From Atractiella rhizophila (Eukaryota): a stretch of 35,968 nt of DNA. The stretch is from positions 1 through 35,968 of the forward strand of contig MU271644.1 in NCBI GenBank assembly GCA_021432655.1, in the 5' to 3' direction. The position numbers and the translations under genes are program-made. The notes under the pieces were generated by a model. That model searched no databases, had not been told where the DNA came from, and worked only from the letters and a program-made list of their open reading frames with translations. Below, piece by piece: positions 33,702-35,968 of this stretch; position 1 is the stretch's first letter, and the number at the start of each line of letters is the position of its first letter.

Positions 33702-34766
33702 ATTAGATTGTATGTGCAGGAGATTGTTGTATGTGCTTTGCCGTTCTTCTCCATTACCTCCTCCCATTCAAGGTCCTCGTTGGATCCTCTGCTCCTGCGC
33801 CTTTGCAGCCAACCAAACTGCCATTGCTGATACTCACCGTGCTGCTTTGTGGTGCCTTTTCGTTAAGGATGACCATAAAATTGCACATTGTATCCTTTCC
33901 TACTCCTACAGCATCACTTGACAGACACCCTTAACAACCTTTAGTGCAAGACTGCTCCGAATGTTACAATGATGATCCCGCAGATCCCACATTCCCACCC
34001 AATCCGTTGGAAGTGTAAGTGTAACGAACGAGGCAGCAGTGGCATTCCGTGCCATGGAACTTGGGGATTGGCAATCTCTTTGAAACGCAAAAGGTTGAGC
34101 TTGAGCTTGCTAAAACGCTAGCAAGATCGACATCAAAGCCCTGCCCTGAGTGCTGGTTAGATGTTGAAATCCACGCAATAATCCCACTGAGAACGTTATT
34201 AACTCGTTACTAGCCCAAAGGTGAGCGTTAATGAACCGACGAATCTCCTCCTCCCGACATGATTAACGGCAGCAACAACGTCGACGGGATCTGAGGTACT
34301 CTATATTGGACCTTAAAGTTGAATATTCCACCTAAAGAAAAGAGAAAAGGGATGACGAAAATGAAAATTGAAACGCAAACCCAAAGGAAGAGAGCGGATA
34401 GAAGTGCACCACTCACGCCACTTGGTGGAGGTCATTCGGTCCCTCTTGAGCGACGCTTATGCTAATATAAGTCCAAAAACAAGACTTCCATTCCCCACTC
34501 CAGACCACATCCCGCACTCCGTTCCACTCACCGATCGGCTCAAATAGGGTCCTATTGCTCCCTTTAACCTCGACACCTCTGCCCAGTCATTGAGCACTAT
34601 TTCGCATACTTGCCTATCACTGATACTGATAGCTACCCTCGGTACACTTCATCATCTTGCCCTTCTCGAATCGAACTGGAGAGAAGCATCGGTGATACCG
34701 GTGTTAAACTTCTTCCGACCCGGGCACGAAACACGCAAAAACAAAAGCAAAAGGACAGATCAGGCG

Positions 34767-35968
34767 ATGGTCTTTCTCTCTCCCATGCTCAACAGCATCT
34801 CCATCCCCCATCCCCACCCGCCACACTCCCACTCGCTCCCTCCCCCAACCTCCCTCTCGCCCCCTAGGCAATACTACGTCCTGCCCCCCAACGCCCACTC
34901 CTCCATCCCCCACCCTCACTCTCTGACTCAAGGAGGCACCGTCCCACCTCCGTACATGAAGAAGGACAACCTCCATCACCTCGTCGACTCGTTAGGCGAC
35001 GGGCCCGTCTTCCTGAATACGTCGCAGCAGCAGTATTCGTCGCCTGGTGGTCAGCAGGAACCGCCAATGTATTTCGCGACGCAGAATGCGCTGGGCATCA
35101 AGGGTATAGGGACGGACGTTGGGGAGATGTCGCTTGGAGAGGTGGGTGGAGGTGGGACGAAGAGGAAGTTTCAAGTTGAAGGAGAACAGGACGGAGGTGA
35201 GGAGGAGATGAGCGGGATGGGGAGGAGGAAGCGCGGAAAGTCCATTGGTCAGCAAAACATCAATTCTGAGGTTCGTTTTTGTTGATTGCTCGCTGATCAT
35301 TTGCTGATGTGTATGATGCTGTGATGATCGGAACAGAAAAGGAAGGAACAGAACCGTGCGGCGCAGAGAGCGTTCAGGGAGAGGAAGGAGAAATACGTGA
35401 GGGAGTTAGAGGACAAACTTGGATTTGCGAATTCGGAGAATAGGGAGATGAAAGAGTACATCAACGAGTTCGTCCTCATCCCTCCTCCTCTTTTCCTTAG
35501 TGTTCTGATGCTGATGTCGATGTCGATGTGGCAGTCTGGAGAACGAGGTGGCGGCGCTAAGGAACAAAATGACGCTGTTGCAGCAGCAACTTCCTTCCTT
35601 CCAAGGCACCAATCAGCAAAGACAATCCCCTCCTTTCCATCCTCCATCTCAACCAACAACTCAATCCCAACTCCAACCTCAACCGCAACCTACATCCCAA
35701 TCCCCACCTCAACCTCAGCAACACATCCCAGCGGCAACACAACAACATCCTGACCTCAATTCGTCTACCAACTTAGACACCTCCGTCCCCATGACAGCGA
35801 CGACGGATGAACTCTCAGGATCAGGCTCAGGTTCCGAAGGGATGGAAGGAATGGAAGCCATGGAGGGGATGGATGGGATGGATCTGAGTCTACCCTCCAT
35901 CCCACTCGACTTCGACCTCGACACCATCTCTCCCTCCTTCCTCTCCCTCCCCCTCCCTCCCCTCTTCT
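34767..35968 (+). CDS. YAP/AP-1-like bZIP transcription factor, 3' end outside the window
   Basis: After intron 35271-35336: KRKEQNRAAQRAFRERKEKYVRELEDKLGFANSENREMKEYIND|LENEVAALRNKM. NxxAQxxFR is the YAP-subfamily basic-region signature. Gln/Pro-rich tail is open to the window end. Confidence 0.9.

Overview
Intron-rich fungal genomic DNA, most likely a basidiomycete (short GT-AG introns with CTAAC/CTGAC branch sites, Plavaka-type transposon). Host genes: a partial minus-strand gene at the left edge, NPL4, a C1D/Rrp47-family gene, a probably GPI-anchored GH16 glucanase, a large gene with an arrestin-like N-terminus, a YbjQ/UPF0145-like domain protein, a Pex24p-domain peroxin, RRB1/GRWD1 (across an N gap) and a YAP-type bZIP factor. 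Three features are invisible in the ORF track. (1) Bases 2243-5303 are reversed but NOT complemented. Read backwards they give the rest of NPL4, which ends in a UBA-like domain; read as the plain complement they give the 3' half of the C1D gene. This is almost certainly a gap-filling artefact. (2) A fully bounded ~9.4 kb Plavaka/CACTA-like DNA transposon (15267-24686) has TIRs, a TSD, TGATCA subterminal motifs and a transposase/DUF6698-like gene pair divergent from a 175 bp promoter with tandem CRE sites. Its transposase is split by a 668 bp solo LTR and the partner gene carries an in-frame 866 bp tandem duplication. (3) A 1.5 kb non-autonomous hAT element with an 8 bp TSD lies next to it. All family assignments come from motif recognition by eye, not database searches.
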